Made by a program: the position numbers and the translations under genes
Shown here: positions 36,471-50,169 of the stretch, piece after piece
Layout: the number at the start of each line of letters is the position of its first letter
How positions within the stretch are numbered: the first letter of the stretch is position 1
NCBI RefSeq assembly: GCF_963921235.1
Contig: NC_086109.1
Location: 28,832,001-28,896,000, forward strand
Direction: 5' to 3'
DNA: 64,000 bases
Source: Mobula hypostoma
Lineage: Eukaryota
Notes under the pieces: model-generated
Seen by the model: the letters and a program-made list of their open reading frames with translations, nothing else
Database searches by the model: none
What the model was told of the DNA's origin: nothing

Positions 36471-38055
36471 ATATGATTAAAGGTGACATGTAGTGACTTT
36501 CCTATTTAAAAGTTTACTTTTTATAACAAATAAATTTTTATTGTAACATTTATGTGAAACCTGCTTGTGAACTTATCTTAAAGGGATTGCATCTACAGTG
36601 CATGTACTTGAAGCTGGCAAATTGTTTAAGCAACTCCCGTGGTAGCAGATGGAGAGATGAGGCCTGCTTTGTATTGACTGAAGAGGATCTTACCCTTACC
36701 TGGCTCACTATCATGAAGCCCAAGGTGTCTGTCATCCAGCAGCTAGGTTCTCCTGTAAATGGCTTCCTTGGTGTTTGCCCTAAACTCTCACTTCATTGCC
36801 TGTAACTAAAACCTCTAATTTTTGAATTGTAAATCAATGCACATTTAGATAATTTCATCTCTTTTTAATGTAATGTTATTGGCAGTTTTGACAAGAATCA
36901 ATTTGATGATTCCATTGAGATCGATTTGAAATCTACCACATATCGGGTTAAGCTATACTGCCACTTGAAGAACCAATCTCTTTGACATGTTGCAAATGAA
37001 TCCACCACTCAAGTGTCACTTAGTATTCTGACATTTCAATATTTAAATGAGGACATTAATTGTGAGGTGAATCTCTACATACATCCAAAGATTACAAAAT
37101 AATTACGTCCTTTGAACTTTTTATTCGATCTATTAATAAACTCTGACCAGTAAAATAAATGAACAAAAAAAATAGAAGCAGGAGTCAGCCATTTAACTCC
37201 TCAGCGTTGCTTCCTGGTTGAGTAAGGCAATGTGGATCCTCGACTTCATCCAATTTCTAACTCAGTCCTCAAATTCGTGTTTCCCATGGTTTCCAAAAAT
37301 TTCAGCCTTTAATATACTTAATAACTGGACATCCATGGTCTTCTAAACACAGAATTTCAAAGTTTCACAATGCCCTGAATGAAGTAATGTCCTCCCATTT
37401 CGGCCATGAGAGGCCAATGCCTCACCATGTGAGTCCATCTGTCCAATCAGAAAAAACAAACACAACATGTATCCTTTACTAATATGATGAGTACAACAGT
37501 GGACTAACAGCTTGGAATCAAGGTCTTTGATTCAGAATAAAGACAATTTGTGCTCCTCCACCACCCCCCACTATTGCAACTGTGAAATTTAAAATAAGTC
37601 ATTAACTAAATCTGGAAAATAGTCTCAAAGATGCAAGTCATGAAAATTTTGGATTTTGTAAAACCCCATCTAATTCACTAATGCCCTCCAGGAAACAAAA
37701 TTCCCCATCCTTCCCCAAGCTCACTTTGACTCTCAATTGCCTGTTCAGTTCAGAGGGAATTAGAGACGGATAACGAATGTTTGCATATTTAATCGCATTT
37801 TCATCCTGCGAATGAATAACAAAATGTTCTGCTTGGAGTTGGATGTGTCTCTACAAGACCTTTCAATAGTCTGAACTCCAGCTTGAGTATTCAAGATTGC
37901 TTAATGGCATTTCTTGTACGCAAGTCTAAAGAACAGCAAAATAACTGTTACTCCAGATCTGATGCAACACAAAAAGAAACACAATGAACTAAAGAAGACA
38001 ATTATAAAAAAAACAATAAATATACAGTAAACACATAAGATACCCTATATACATA

Positions 38056-38542
38056 CAGTACTGTGCAAAAAGCATATATATATATAGCTAAGGTGCCTAA
38101 GACTTCGGCCAGTAATTTGATGCATTGCCACAAAAAAAATTCATGACATACACGAGTGATGATGAACCTGATTCCGATATGGGTCTCTGTTGTGGACTGA
38201 GAGCGGGAAAGGAGCAGGGAGAGGGGAATCATGGTTGGGAAAAAGGGAAGGGAGAGGAGAGGGAGCCCAAAGCACCAGATATTCTGTAAAGATCAATAAA
38301 CCAATTGTTTGGAATCAAATGACTTTGCCTGGTGTCTCAAGCTGGGTGTGGCTGCACTATCACCACCCCTCTCTGCCCCTGGCATTTCCTCTCTGATTCC
38401 TGTCCCACACCCCTCTATTGGTGCTCCACCCACGCTATTCCCAAAACCTGATTTTCAAACTCGCTATCTGTTCCACGTTGACAAATACATACTGTGCAAA
38501 AGATGAGCTCTATATAGGTGGTAACAGTTTTGCACAGTGCTG
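38056..38542. mobile_element. Composite Tc1-type MITE with four TIR copies, inserted in a Rex-type 3' tail (37870-38600)
   Basis: TA-cagtactgtgcaaaa ... ttttgcacagtgctg-TA, with inner TIRs near 38092-38114 and 38488-38503. The empty-site equivalent catagattgattgta is seen at 47652. Confidence 0.75.
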
Positions 38543-41500
38543 TAGATTGATTGTACATCCATAAATTGACTCTAGGCACAGGAGTGTCTGACCCTGACAG
38601 GAATCCTATTCCATTCTCTTACTCTATTGGATTAACAGGTAAAGTAGGTGAACATAAAAGTTAGAAGCAGGGATCAACTATTTAGTTCAAGGCTGCTTTA
38701 CAGTTGAATAAGGCAATGCAGATCATCTACCTCATCCATTTTCAACCTCAATCCCGATTCTATTTTTTTTAATCCACATACCTTCAGAGAACTAAGGATC
38801 AGAAGCAATGTTTTAAAATGTTAAAAAGTAATATTTCACAATAAATATGTCAAACCTTAAAGTTATGGACAAAATGTTAGAAGTTCACAAAATATTTATT
38901 TTCTGATAAGCCACTATTTCTATCTAATTACAACAGCGTTCTGCTGTAACACTCTGCCATGGAATATAACAGATTTGAAACTGTATTTGGCCATGTCTCA
39001 GGTCTAGAATGGGCACTGTACATCTACCAATCAAAACAGTGCCTCAGGCTTCATTAACCTTAATTAGGTGAGCTTCCAGCACAAGTAACGGCCAGCTGAA
39101 GACCGAAGAAAATGTAAACCACGGGTGGGGAGAGTACAACAGGAAGAGGTGGACTAGCAAATCCTATTTGAGATGATATATTCCACTACTTTTTAAGACA
39201 CAAAATTATTGGTGTGACTATTCCATAAAACCATAAGGCATAGGAGTAGAATTAGGCCATTTAGTCCACTGATTTGGCTCCATCATTCCATAATGGCTAA
39301 TATATTATCCCTCTCAACCTCATTCTCCTGCCTTCTCCCTGTAGCATTTGAAGCCCTTACTAATCAAGAGCCTATGAACATCCACTTTAAGTATACCAAA
39401 TGATCTGGCCTTCAAAACCTTCTTTGGCAATATTCTTGTTGTGTCCATGCACAACTACATATCAATTAAATACAAGCACACACGGGGGAGATGGCTTTAA
39501 TTGGTGTATTCACATTGCAGAGAGACAGATAAAGCAATGCATATGTGCAGACAACAGTGCATGCACAGACAACAGATCTTACTTAGTGCTGGGGGGAGGG
39601 GGTTCATTGCTCTAAGAGAAATAGATCCATACATTACACTTCTTTCCCCTTTAGAATAATGCAACATAAAACTGTACATGTACAAAACATTCAATTTCCC
39701 TTTCATAAACTCATATTCCAAATAAACATGATTTAACAATTACAGTCTATAGCTAACTTCATAGTTCTAAAGGTTCAATCTTCTGGGCGGCTCTCTGTTT
39801 CTTTCAGGATAGCACCTCTGGGCCTGTGGAGTAGCATTACGTTTGGTAAGTGTCTTGTCTAAGACTAACGCTCTTGGTTGCAGGTGTCGTGTTGCTGTCA
39901 GCAACATCATCACTGAGAAGTAAGTCCGGTGACTGTAATGTGTCCGTCTTGATGGATGCAATCGACTCCTGTGTGTTCTTCAGTTGTGCATTTACATGAT
40001 GTCTCCATGTCAGACCTCCAACATCCACTATGTACATCAATAGTCCAGTCCTTGTAACTATCCTACAGAGTGTCTACTTGTCTTCTTGGTAATCACGCAC
40101 TTGGAATTCATGTGCAATCTCAAAGCTCCTTGCTGCTTCAGTTGGCAATTGGCTGAACTGTTTATTCTGCACTTCCCTCCGTAGATCTGGTTTCAGGAGG
40201 TCAATGTGAGATCTCAGATTCCTACTCATTGCAGGCGTTTCATTTGTGGTCTCATGATCAGAGTTCCAATACACGAGAAGGAAGTTCTCCATCTTGCGCT
40301 GTAGAGAAATGTATTCTTGTCCATCACTTTAATGGACTTCCTGAAGGTTTGGATAAATCTTTCAGGTAATCCGTTCGTTGCTGGGTGGCAAGGAGCTAAC
40401 TTGAAATGCCTAATGCCATTTCTCTTCACGAACAATCAGAATTCTTTTGATCTGTATTCTGGTCTGTTGTCACTCACAATTTGTTCTGGTAAGCCATTTC
40501 TTGTGAAGGTAGACCTCAAGGAGCAGACAGTCTTTACTAATGTGTTTGACTTCATTGGTGTAAACTCCGGTCACTTTAAATGAGCATCCACAGCAATCAG
40601 AAACATGGAGTCCATGAATGGTCCAGCAATGTCAATATGTACTCTTTTCCATGGTGACAATGGCCACTCCCACGAATGTAACACTGCCTGTGGGGGTGCA
40701 TTTTGAACTTTTAGGCATCTGGAACCAAGTCTTCAATCTATTTGCTTATTCCCTTCTCAAACACCTTCTCATTAGCATTAAGTAGCTGTGCCAGTCTCTG
40801 GTTAGTGCTACCATTTGGGCTGCAGTTGCCTGTTGATGCCACACTGAGAGCTTTGATTGAGTGCCAGTCTGGTTGGATTTTTCTCAACCATTCACACGTG
40901 AAAAGTACTGGCCTTCCACTTTTCAATACATAAAGCTTTAACTGCTGCGTTTGGCCTCCATATGTCACTTCCACTCAGTTTGCCTTTGCGGGACACTTTT
41001 TCGCTTCTGTAAGTCTTTAGAATCACTGAAGTCTTCTCTGATGTTTGTCTTAGAAAACAGTCTAATTGTAGTTAGCCTCTGGAATCATGGACGAAGCTGA
41101 AACTGTATCGAGCTCCATTTTCAGTTTAACACCAGACACACCTTTTGTGATTCAGATGATTTTGTGATCTGCTTTAGTTACACTATGCAATTCTAGACAC
41201 GGCAGTGCACCTTTGTCAGACTCTGTGTTGTCTGATTCTGTTTTACATTTGGTAACTTTATGCATTTGCTTAGTTTTGTGTTTGAGACTTTTCACTTGGC
41301 TATGCATTTTCTCTGCCTTGCACTTTCTCTCCAGGTGACCTTGTCTGTAACACTTTCTGCAGACTTTTGCTTTAAACCAAAAGTTATTTGCATCATGAAA
41401 GGATTTGCAACATCGATAACTTTATTTGGCTTTTTGCACCATTCAGGGACATTTTGTTCATTTCACATTCTAACCTCCTTTTCTGTAGTTCTGCCATATC

Positions 41501-42009
41501 CTTTTGCTGCAGTCTCCAGCGATATTGCAAAGGTCAATGCTCATGCTAAGATTAGGACTCTTTCTGCCAGTGGCCGCAATTAAGTGATTTGACTACGCAT
41601 GCCACATACAAGCTTGTCCCTTAATGCATCAGAAAGTCCACCTCTGAAGTTACAGTACTGGGTAAGTTTGCACACTTCTGAAATGTATTCAGAAAGGCTT
41701 TTTATCTTTTGACTGGGTCTTTTTGTAAAATCTAAATCTCTCAGCTATTGCCAATGATTTAGGGCTCAAGTGATTTTGTAAAATTGTAACAATTTCATCG
41801 AATGCCTTGCTTGATGGCTTTGCATGGGTTACTAGGTTGCGTAAGAGACTGTACGTTCTTGGGCCCATAGCTAAGAAGTGCAGGGGTCCTCTTTTGGCCC
41901 TCCATGGTGCTTGCATTATGACAGTTCTACCCTTTCGATACACGACTCCCATCCTTCATTAGCACCATTAAATTTGCAAATTTCTCAACTGACACATTAT
42001 TTTACTTGA

Positions 42010-43480
42010 TCCCCTCGTGTTTTATGAAGGCAGCGATAATCCCAGTGCCGAAGAAGAGCAAGGTGGCATGCCTGAATGACTATCGACCTGTGGCTCTGAC
42101 ATCAATTGCTATGAAGTGCTTCGAGTGATTAGTTATGGCACACATCAACCACAGCCTACCGGTCAACCTTGATGCTTTGCAATTCGCCTACTGGAGCAAC
42201 AGGTCAACAGCAGATGCCATCTCTCTGGCTCTACATTCCTCCTTAGAACACCTGGAGAATAAAGACGCATACGTAAGGCTCCTTTTCGTTGACTACAGCT
42301 CTGCCTTTAATACCATCATTCCAAATAAACTGATTCCTAAGCTCCAGAACCTGGGCCATAGCACTCAGATCTGCAGCTGGATCTTCAACTTCCTCACAGA
42401 CAGGACCCAGCCTGTAAAAATAGGGGACAAGCTCTCCTCTACAATCACTCTGAGCACCGGTGCCCCACAAGGCTGTGTACTCAGCCCCCTACTGTACTCA
42501 CTGTACACCCATGATTGTGTAGCCAAGTTTCCATCAAACTCAATATATAAGTTTGCTTTTGTAGGCCGTATCTCAGGTAATGATGAGTTTGAGTACAGAG
42601 AGGAAATTAAGAACCTGGGGGCATGGTGCGAAGATAATAACCTAAATTACCTATCCCTCAATGTCAGCAAGATGAAGGAATTGGTTGTTGACTTCAGGAG
42701 TAGCGGACCGCACAACTCAATTTACATTGGTGGTGTGCAAGTGGAACAGATCAAAAGCTTTAAGTTCCTCGGGCTCAATATCACAAATGACCTGATTTGG
42801 TCCAACCAAGCAGAGTTCACTGCCAAGAAGGCCCACCAGCACCTTTACTTCCTGAGAAAACTAAAGAAATTTGGCCTGTCCTCTAAAGCCCTCACTAATT
42901 TTTATAGATGCACTGTAGAAAGCATTCTTCTAGGGTGCATCACAACCTGGTATGGAAGCTGTCCTGTCCAAGACCGAAAGAAGCTGCAGAAGATCGTGAA
43001 CACGGCACAGCACATCACACAAACCAATCTTCCCTCCGTGGACTCACTTTACACTGCAAGCTGTCAGAGCAGTGCTGCCAGGATAATCAAGGACACAACC
43101 CATCCAGCCAACACACTTTTCATCCCTCTTCCCTCCGGGAGAAGGGTCAGGAGCTTGGAGACTCGTATGGCCAGATTTGGGAACAGCTTCTTTCCAACTG
43201 TGATAAGACTGCTGAACGGATCCTGACCCGGATCTGGGCCGGACCCTCCAAATATCCGGACCTGCCTCTCAGTTTTTTTGCACTACCTTATTTTCCATTT
43301 TTCTATTTTCTATTTATGATTTATAATTTAAATTGTTAATATTTACTAATTTTAACTATTTTTAATATTTAATATTTGTAATCCAGGGAGTGGGAAGCGC
43401 AGAATCAAATATCTCTGTGATGATTGTATGTTCTAGTACCAATTGTTTGGCAACAATAAAGTATAAAGTATAATAAAGTA
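42010..43480 (+). mobile_element. Young 5'-truncated Rex1/Babar LINE nested in Gypsy gag
   Basis: ORF 42135..43226 (363 aa RT and C-terminus; the FADD motif is deleted to KFAFVGR). (taaagta)n tail. Highly similar to 9095-10560. Confidence 0.95.
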
Positions 43481-43705
43481 TAAAGTATTTTCATTTTAAA
43501 TTTATTGTGTCTTTCACTGTTACTCACGGGCCCTTCAACACTCTCGTGCTGTTTAACTCTTGCTGTTTTGTCCCATATCTGTTGGAGTAGGCCGTGATAT
43601 CTTCTGACATTCAGGTTTGTACTTGTCACCAATTGTTGTGTCTGTGCCCAACCACATATCAATTAAATAAAAACGTGCATGTCGGAAATAGCTTTAACTG
43701 GTATT

Positions 43706-43722
43706 GTTGAGAGCGAGGGAGA

Positions 43723-43761
<39 letters not shown>
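43706..43761. repeat. (GA)n microsatellite inside the 5' LTR
   Basis: Direct reading. Only a short gagaga is present in the other LTR. Confidence 0.9.
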
Positions 43762-43762
<1 letters not shown>

Positions 43763-44169
43763 AATGCACATGTACAGACAACAGATCGATATGTAGTGCT
43801 AAGAGGGGGTGGTCATTGCTCTAAGAGAAATAGATCCAAACATTACAATTCTAGTGTTCAGATTCGTAGTAATTTCCCAAAGGATGATTAAAACTATTCT
43901 TAAGCTAGATTCTTATTTTAGGAATTCCTTAGTGATGTAAGAAAACTAGCAAATCCAGCATCATGCACAACATCCTTCAAGACTCTTTTGACTGCAAGAA
44001 ATTGGTCCCCAAAGCAGACATGATTTATAAAGGCAATGAGGCATGAGACATGAGTTGGCTGTGGTAGAAAGGAAAACTATATTGTGTGATATAATAATAA
44101 AGATATGACAATAACTGAAAATGGCTAACATTTAAAGGCAAAAGCAAAACAGGAAAAGTAGTTTAGCCA

Positions 44170-44420
44170 CAAACAAAAGAGATTCTGTAGGTTCTGGAAA
44201 CATTGAGCAACACACACACACACACAACTGGAGGATCTCAGCATGCCTGGCAGCATCTATGGAGGAGAATAAACAGTCAACATTTCAGGCCAAGACCCTT
44301 TAACAGGACAGCAGCCCAGGTGAAGGGTCTCAGCTCCAATCATCGAGAGTTTATTCCCCTTCATGGATGCTGCCTGACCTGCCTCAGTTCTTCCAGCATT
44401 CTTTAAGTTTTGCTCTGGTT
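44170..44420. mobile_element. Fold-back mini-element made of two inverted Penelope termini
   Basis: Left arm ctggaggatctcagcatgcctggcagcatctatggaggagaataaac is the approximate reverse complement of right arm gtttattccccttcatggatgctgcctgacctgcctcagttcttccag. Confidence 0.75.
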
Positions 44421-44429
44421 CTATACTCT

Positions 44430-44830
44430 CTTAATTTTCAAAGAACGGGAAGTGATCTCATTAAAAAGTATTAAATTCTCAGAAAGGTCTTGACAGGGTA
44501 GATTCAACAGTAATATTTTGCACGGCTGCCATGTCCAGAGACAGAGATCACAAATGCGAAATCTGAGTTTGCCCATTCAAAGCAGAAATGATTTTAAAAA
44601 GGTCACTTTAAAGAGAGTGCATCCTTGGAGTTCTTTTCTGAAAGGGGCTTTGGAAGTTTAGTAGCTGACTATATTTTGCGATTGTTACACATTAAGTAAT
44701 GGTTTATGGGGTTAGCCCAGAGGAATGGCACTAAGATAAACGATCCATACTGACCTTCTGAATGGTGCAACAGGCACTAGGAACTTAATATTCTCCATCA
44801 ATTTCTATTTCTTAGGTTCATGTTTTCTTC
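44430..44830 (+). mobile_element. Very degenerate CR1 3' fragment
   Basis: gggaagtgatctcattaaaaagtattaaattctc..ggtcttgacagggtagat matches RGDLIETYKILKGLDRLD. Confidence 0.55.
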
Positions 44831-46364
44831 TGATCCTCTGAGTCAATCATTCATCACATGATGAGTTAACAGTCCTAATCTTGTATAATCTCATAATTAT
44901 TTTGAATGAACTCAGCATGAAACAATAGATAATCCAGTTATTGATGATCTGTCGGGTACCATGATCTTATTTGGAACCACTGAAAATCGTACTTAAGACT
45001 CTTATATTAATGACATGACTGATCCCACAGCTAGGATGCTACTTTCTAAAATACTTTGAGAAATATCTTCCAGTACACAGACTGTGTGTGAGCTGATAGT
45101 AACGACTGAATGCACTGTAACTCAAAAGTAATTTCAGAAATGTAATGCGCCTTTGAGTCTCATCAAGTGGCACAGCATGTTGTTGAATGGAGTGCATGCA
45201 TGCTTTGAACCATAGCTGAATAAGATGTTGTTTTGTAAAATTTATGCAGTTGCTTGAGAATTAGTGAACTCTTCAGGAAGGAATTGCTGTTAGGGTTAGG
45301 AAATGGAGTGTTACCCAGACGGAGCTGCAACATCACATTGGATATCTGAGCCTGCTCTTGCTTCATCAGTTTGAAGACAAGGATATGAAATGCAGCAACT
45401 GAGTTTGAATAGCATTTTTATACTCTCAACCTTTCTGCCCTGCTTGCTTTACTAAATTGGCCCTGTAGTATGTTACAGCCAAACAGCAATAATGATTTGA
45501 TTCATTTTTGTTTGCTCCGGGGGTTCTCTACCAGAACCTTGCTCAATGTGTACTGCAGGCCACAAATGCATAGAGTATGTGTCACATTGCTGGAGATTTG
45601 GGTAAATACGTTACATATAGTAACTCTTTTTGTCTCTTTTGCGTCCTCTGTAAGAATAAAGAAAAGTTACAATTGCATAAGTTACAACTTGACCATAAGT
45701 GCAAAGAGAACCAACTTCATGTGCAAACAATATTAAAAAAAACGCCAGTTTAGATAAAACCTTTGAGCTGAGGGTGCAAGTGACAACAGCAACAATTTGA
45801 AGCACTTGTAACACTGCAAAGTTTTATGTTGATTTCCTCTCAGCTAAATGCTGCATGATTTAAAAGACTCCAGGGTGTAATTCTCTCAGAGAAGAACAGG
45901 GCAGATAAGGTGGCAACCAGCATTTTGTGTTTAGATATGCATCTTCCAGGATTAGGAAGCTCCCAGAGTTTTCAGCAGCTTGGGAGCCGCATAATTAAAT
46001 TGTTGGATGCTACGTCAAGCAGGTTCCAAAGGGTACATAAATGAACATTTAATCTTCTGACAAAAAATATTTCATTTGATAAGCAACCTTCAAAGATGCA
46101 CTATTTCAGATTTGCCATTGAATCTTGCACCATTCCGCTGTTTTGTGCTCATCGTTGCATTTATTATTATTATTGTTCTGTGAGCTTTATATCAACAATG
46201 ACTTTCATTACATCCTGGTGTAAGTGACAATAATCTAATCTAATTGTCACTTCCATCCTAAACCATTGGAGGAGACTGCAGATTTGGAACTAGGCATTAG
46301 GTAAACTGTCAATCTGTGCCACAGAACCAGTCAACTGACATATTGAAGGGCCTGATATAGCACA

Positions 46365-47200
46365 GCACAACACACACAAAATGCTGGAGGAACTCAGCAG
46401 GCCAGGCAGCATCTATGGAAAAAAGTACAATTGGCGTTTGGGGCCTAAACCCTTACGGCAGGACTGTAGAAAAAAAGCTGAGGAGTAGATTTAAAAGGGT
46501 GGAGTGGGGGGAAGAGAGAATCACAAGGAGATAAGTGAAACCAGGAGAGGGAGGGATGAAGTAAAAAGCTGGGAAATTGATTGGTGAAAGATACAGGGCT
46601 AGAGAATGGGGAGTCTGTTAGGAGAGGACAGAAGGCCATGGAAGAAAGAAAAGGGGGGAGGAGTACCAGAGGGAGGCGATGGGCAGGTTAGTATATAAGA
46701 CGAGAGAGATAAAAGGGGATGGGGAATGGTGAAAGGGGGAGTCATTACTGAAAGTTTGAGAAATCAACATTCACGCCAGCAGGTTGGAGGCTACCCTGTC
46801 GGAATACAAGGTGTTGTTCCTCCAACCTGAGTGTGGCCTCATCGCAACGGTAGAGGGGACTGTGGATTGACATATCGGAGTGGGAATGGAAAGTGGAATT
46901 AAAATGGGTGGCCTCTGGGAAATCCCGCTTCTTCTGGCAGATGGAGTGTAGGTGCTTGTCGAAGCGGTCTCCCAATCTACGTTGGGTCTCACTGATATAC
47001 AGAAGGTCACAACGAGAGCACCGGACACAGAATATGATCCCAACAGTCTCACAGGTAACGTGTCAGCTCACCCGGAAGGACTGTTTGGGGCCCTGAATGG
47101 TAGTGAGCGAGGAGGTGTAGGGGCAGGAGTCGCACTTGTTCCACTTGAAAAGATAAGTGCCAAGAGGGAGATCAGTGGGGAGGGACGAATGAGCAAGGGA
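46365..47200 (-). mobile_element. Penelope-like element, older copy (GIY-YIG + terminus)
   Basis: ORF 46745..46975 ATHFNS..HSHSDMS..LRLEEQHLVFRQGSLQPAGVN. Colinear with 2550-3400. Confidence 0.88.
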
Positions 47201-47489
47201 GACACTATGTGACAAACTTGTTTATGTTTCACTGATCAGCAGACAGAATACACAGAATCTATAATCTGATCTTCAGTATTGGTGGATCGAGGAACACCCA
47301 GGAATTTAATTCAATACAAAAAACAGTTTACAATCAGAGAACAATCAAATTCCAGAGCAGAATTTAGAGCACATGGGTGAGGTTCGCATGTATTGATGTA
47401 GACATAATGGAAGAAATCGAAAATATTTATGCAAATTTAAAGCAACAAATTACACATTGGACCAGAGTTATGTCTATTCGTGGAAACTC

Positions 47490-48070
47490 AAGATCAAAGA
47501 CTCAAGATTGTTTGATGTCATTTCCTGTGCTCAAGTATAAGGACATCAAAATAATTGTTAGCTTGGATCTGATGCAGCACAAAACAAACAAAAGATAAAG
47601 AACAATAATGAAAAAACTCACAATAAATATAAATACATAAAATAGCTTATACGCATAGATTGATTGTATGTATGTTGATAAAGTGATGCTCAGCTGTAGA
47701 TAGCATCATGGGGTGGGAAATAATGCAAGGGTAGAGTTAGTACAGAGGGCCCTAACCTAGGGTTCACAGACCCTTTGCTTAATGGCATTGGTCCATGGCA
47801 TAATAAAAGGTTGGGAACTCCTGATTAGTGGGTGGAAGTGTTGATCAGCCTTACTGCTTGGAGAAAGTAACCGTTTCTGAGTCTGCTGGTCCTGTTGTGG
47901 ATGCTAAGAAGCTTCCTCCCTGATGGGAGTGAGACAAACAGTCCATGAGCGGAGTGCATGTGACCTTCATGATGTCATTGGCCCTTTTCCTACACTATTC
48001 TGTATTTTATGCCCTTGATGGAAGGTAGGCTGGTGGCAGGGTTGGGTTGGGCAGTTTTGACTACCCATAA
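47490..48070 (-). mobile_element. Rex1/Babar LINE 3' fragment
   Basis: Homologous to 37870-38050; includes LPSGR-type region cttcctccctgatgggag. Confidence 0.65.
47743..47823. mobile_element. Short hAT-like MITE
   Basis: Ends cagagggccctaacct / aggttgggaactcctg; imperfect flanking repeat gttagta / attagtg. Confidence 0.55.
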
Positions 48071-48144
48071 AAATATCACAAATTGCTCCTAAGAAATTTG
48101 AGATATTGAATAAAATTCACTCTTACATAATTCGTGTTAAAGGA

Positions 48145-48590
48145 TATAAGACCCTAAGATATAGGAGCAGAATTAGGTCATTCAGCCCATCAAGTCTGCT
48201 CCGCCATTCCATCTTAGCTGATTTATTATCTCTCTCAACCTCATTCTCTTTCCTTCTCCCTGTAACTTTTGACGCCATTACTAATCAAGAATCTGTCAAC
48301 CTTCACTTCAAGTATACTCATTGACTTGGCCTCTCAGCCGTCTATGATTCACCACCCTCTGGCTAAAGAAGTTCCTCCTCATTTCTGTTCTAATGTGACG
48401 TCCTTGTATTCTGAGGCTGTGCCCTCTGGTCCCAGACTCACTCACTATAGGAAACTTCCTCTCACATCTACTCTGCCTAGGCCTTTCAATATTCAATAGG
48501 TTTCAATGATATCACCCCACCACCACCACCACAATTCTTCTAAACTCCCGCAAGTAAAAATCTAAAGCTATCAAATACTCCTCATAAGTT
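48145..48590 (-). mobile_element. CR1 3' fragment
   Basis: ORF 48308..48496 TRGHSLRIQGRHIRTEMRRNFFSQRVVN. Confidence 0.8.
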
Positions 48591-49164
48591 AAAAAAAAAG
48601 ATTTAAAAACATACACAATTTTTTTCAACTTTCCTTTCTTGGTGTTTGCACAAATGACACAACTTCATGTTACAGAGAATAATGATGCATGTGGTTTTCT
48701 AGGAATGCAAGCACTCCCACCATCTGCATTTCAACTGATGAAAAATCCACACATCCTCAATGTTCAAATCTAAACCAAATTTAGGCAATCAAAGCTATTT
48801 TAATACTCTGATTTATTTACAGAGAGGAAATTCTCTTTAACACAAATAAAAAGAGTTCTGCACAATATTAAAACTAGTGAAAATAATGGAGAGTTGGCTG
48901 ATGTATCAGTGGCAATGATGAGAAGCAAAACTACTTCATGATTAAGGAATGTTTAAATTGTCACTGCATCAATGTAAGCATTGGCACAACAGCAGATTGC
49001 TGATTAGGGGCAAGGTTACATACCTAATCTAAGTAAGTGTCGCAAGTGAACAAGTAGAATTAACTTTAAAAGATCCAAGATTTTAAACAAGATGAAATGC
49101 TAATTGAATCAAAATGGACACACCATAGAATTATTCATGGATAAATCTGAATATAGAAGTTAAT

Positions 49165-49780
49165 AAGAACATCAGAAATAACAAAAGGTATCGGCCATCT
49201 GGTCTGTCAAGTCTGCCCCACCATTCAATAGGATCATGGCTGATCTGGCCATGGACTCATCTCCACCTATCTGTCTTTTCCCCATAAACCTTAATTCCCC
49301 TATTATGCAACAATCTATACAACCTTGTCTTCAATATATTTACTAAGGTAGCCTTCACTGCTTCATTGGGCAGAGAATTCCACAGATTCACCACTCTGAG
49401 AAAGGCAGTTCCTCCTCATCTCCACCCCTCAATCTACTCCCCAGGATCTTGTGGCTATGTCCCCTAGTTCTAGTCTCACCTATCATTGGAAACAACTTTC
49501 CTGCCTCTATCTTATCTATTCCTTTCCTAAGTTTATATGTTTCTATAAGATCTCCTCTTATTCTTCTGAATTCCAGTGAGTACAGTCCCAGGTGACTCAA
49601 TCTCTCCTCATAGTCTAACCCCTTCATCTCTGGAATCAACCTGGCGAACCTCCTCTGCACCGCCTCCAAAGCCAGTATATCCTTCCTCAAGTAAGGAGAC
49701 CAGAACTGCACACAGTACTCCAAGTGCAGCCTCACCAGTACCCTCTATGGTTGCAGCATAATCACCCTGCTCTTAAATCA
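49165..49780 (-). mobile_element. CR1 3' fragment
   Basis: ORF 49388..49735 LHLEYCVQFWSPYLRKDILALEAVQRRF..LYSLEFRRIRGDLIETYK. Confidence 0.9.
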
Positions 49781-50169
49781 ATCCATAATGAGTATAAATA
49801 GTTGTAGAGGCTGGTTCAGGCTGTTGATGGTGGTCTCAAAAGAAATGTTCAGCGTTGACACTATTGTGGTTCACCTTTTCTTTGAACCTTTGAATAAGTC
49901 ACTCAGAGTTTGTGTTGCAACAGACAGGCAGGTGACACCGGATGGAAGAATTTCCTCAAGTTCAAAATACAATCTATACCTTTCAGATATGAAGACAATA
50001 GCATGCAATCAAAAATAATTTCAGTATGTACATCATAATGTATTTTTGGGTGCAAATGGTTGCATAAAATTATGTTTACAATTGGAGCACCTTTTAAGTG
50101 ACAAGATCAACAAACAAGATATTGAAACACAATAGTTAACAATATTCTAAAAGCTTTTAAGACACTATT

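Larger units (their letters stand above)
39437..43847 (-). mobile_element. Gypsy LTR retrotransposon, internally deleted, both LTRs present
   Basis: LTRs 39437-39638 and 43634-43847 (tgttg..ttaca), perfect 5-bp TSD attct, PBS-like TGGTGACAAG, PPT next to 39639. gag (ILQNHLSPKSLAIAERFRFY), protease (LKMELDTVSA), integrase (LAPCHPATNGLPERFIQTF). Confidence 0.92.

Noticed and set aside
36690..36745. Possible minus-strand exon (tttacag|..ccag|gtaagg)
   Set aside because: Isolated 53-nt candidate; peptide EPSCWMTDTLGFMIVSQ is unrecognised and has no supporting neighbours.
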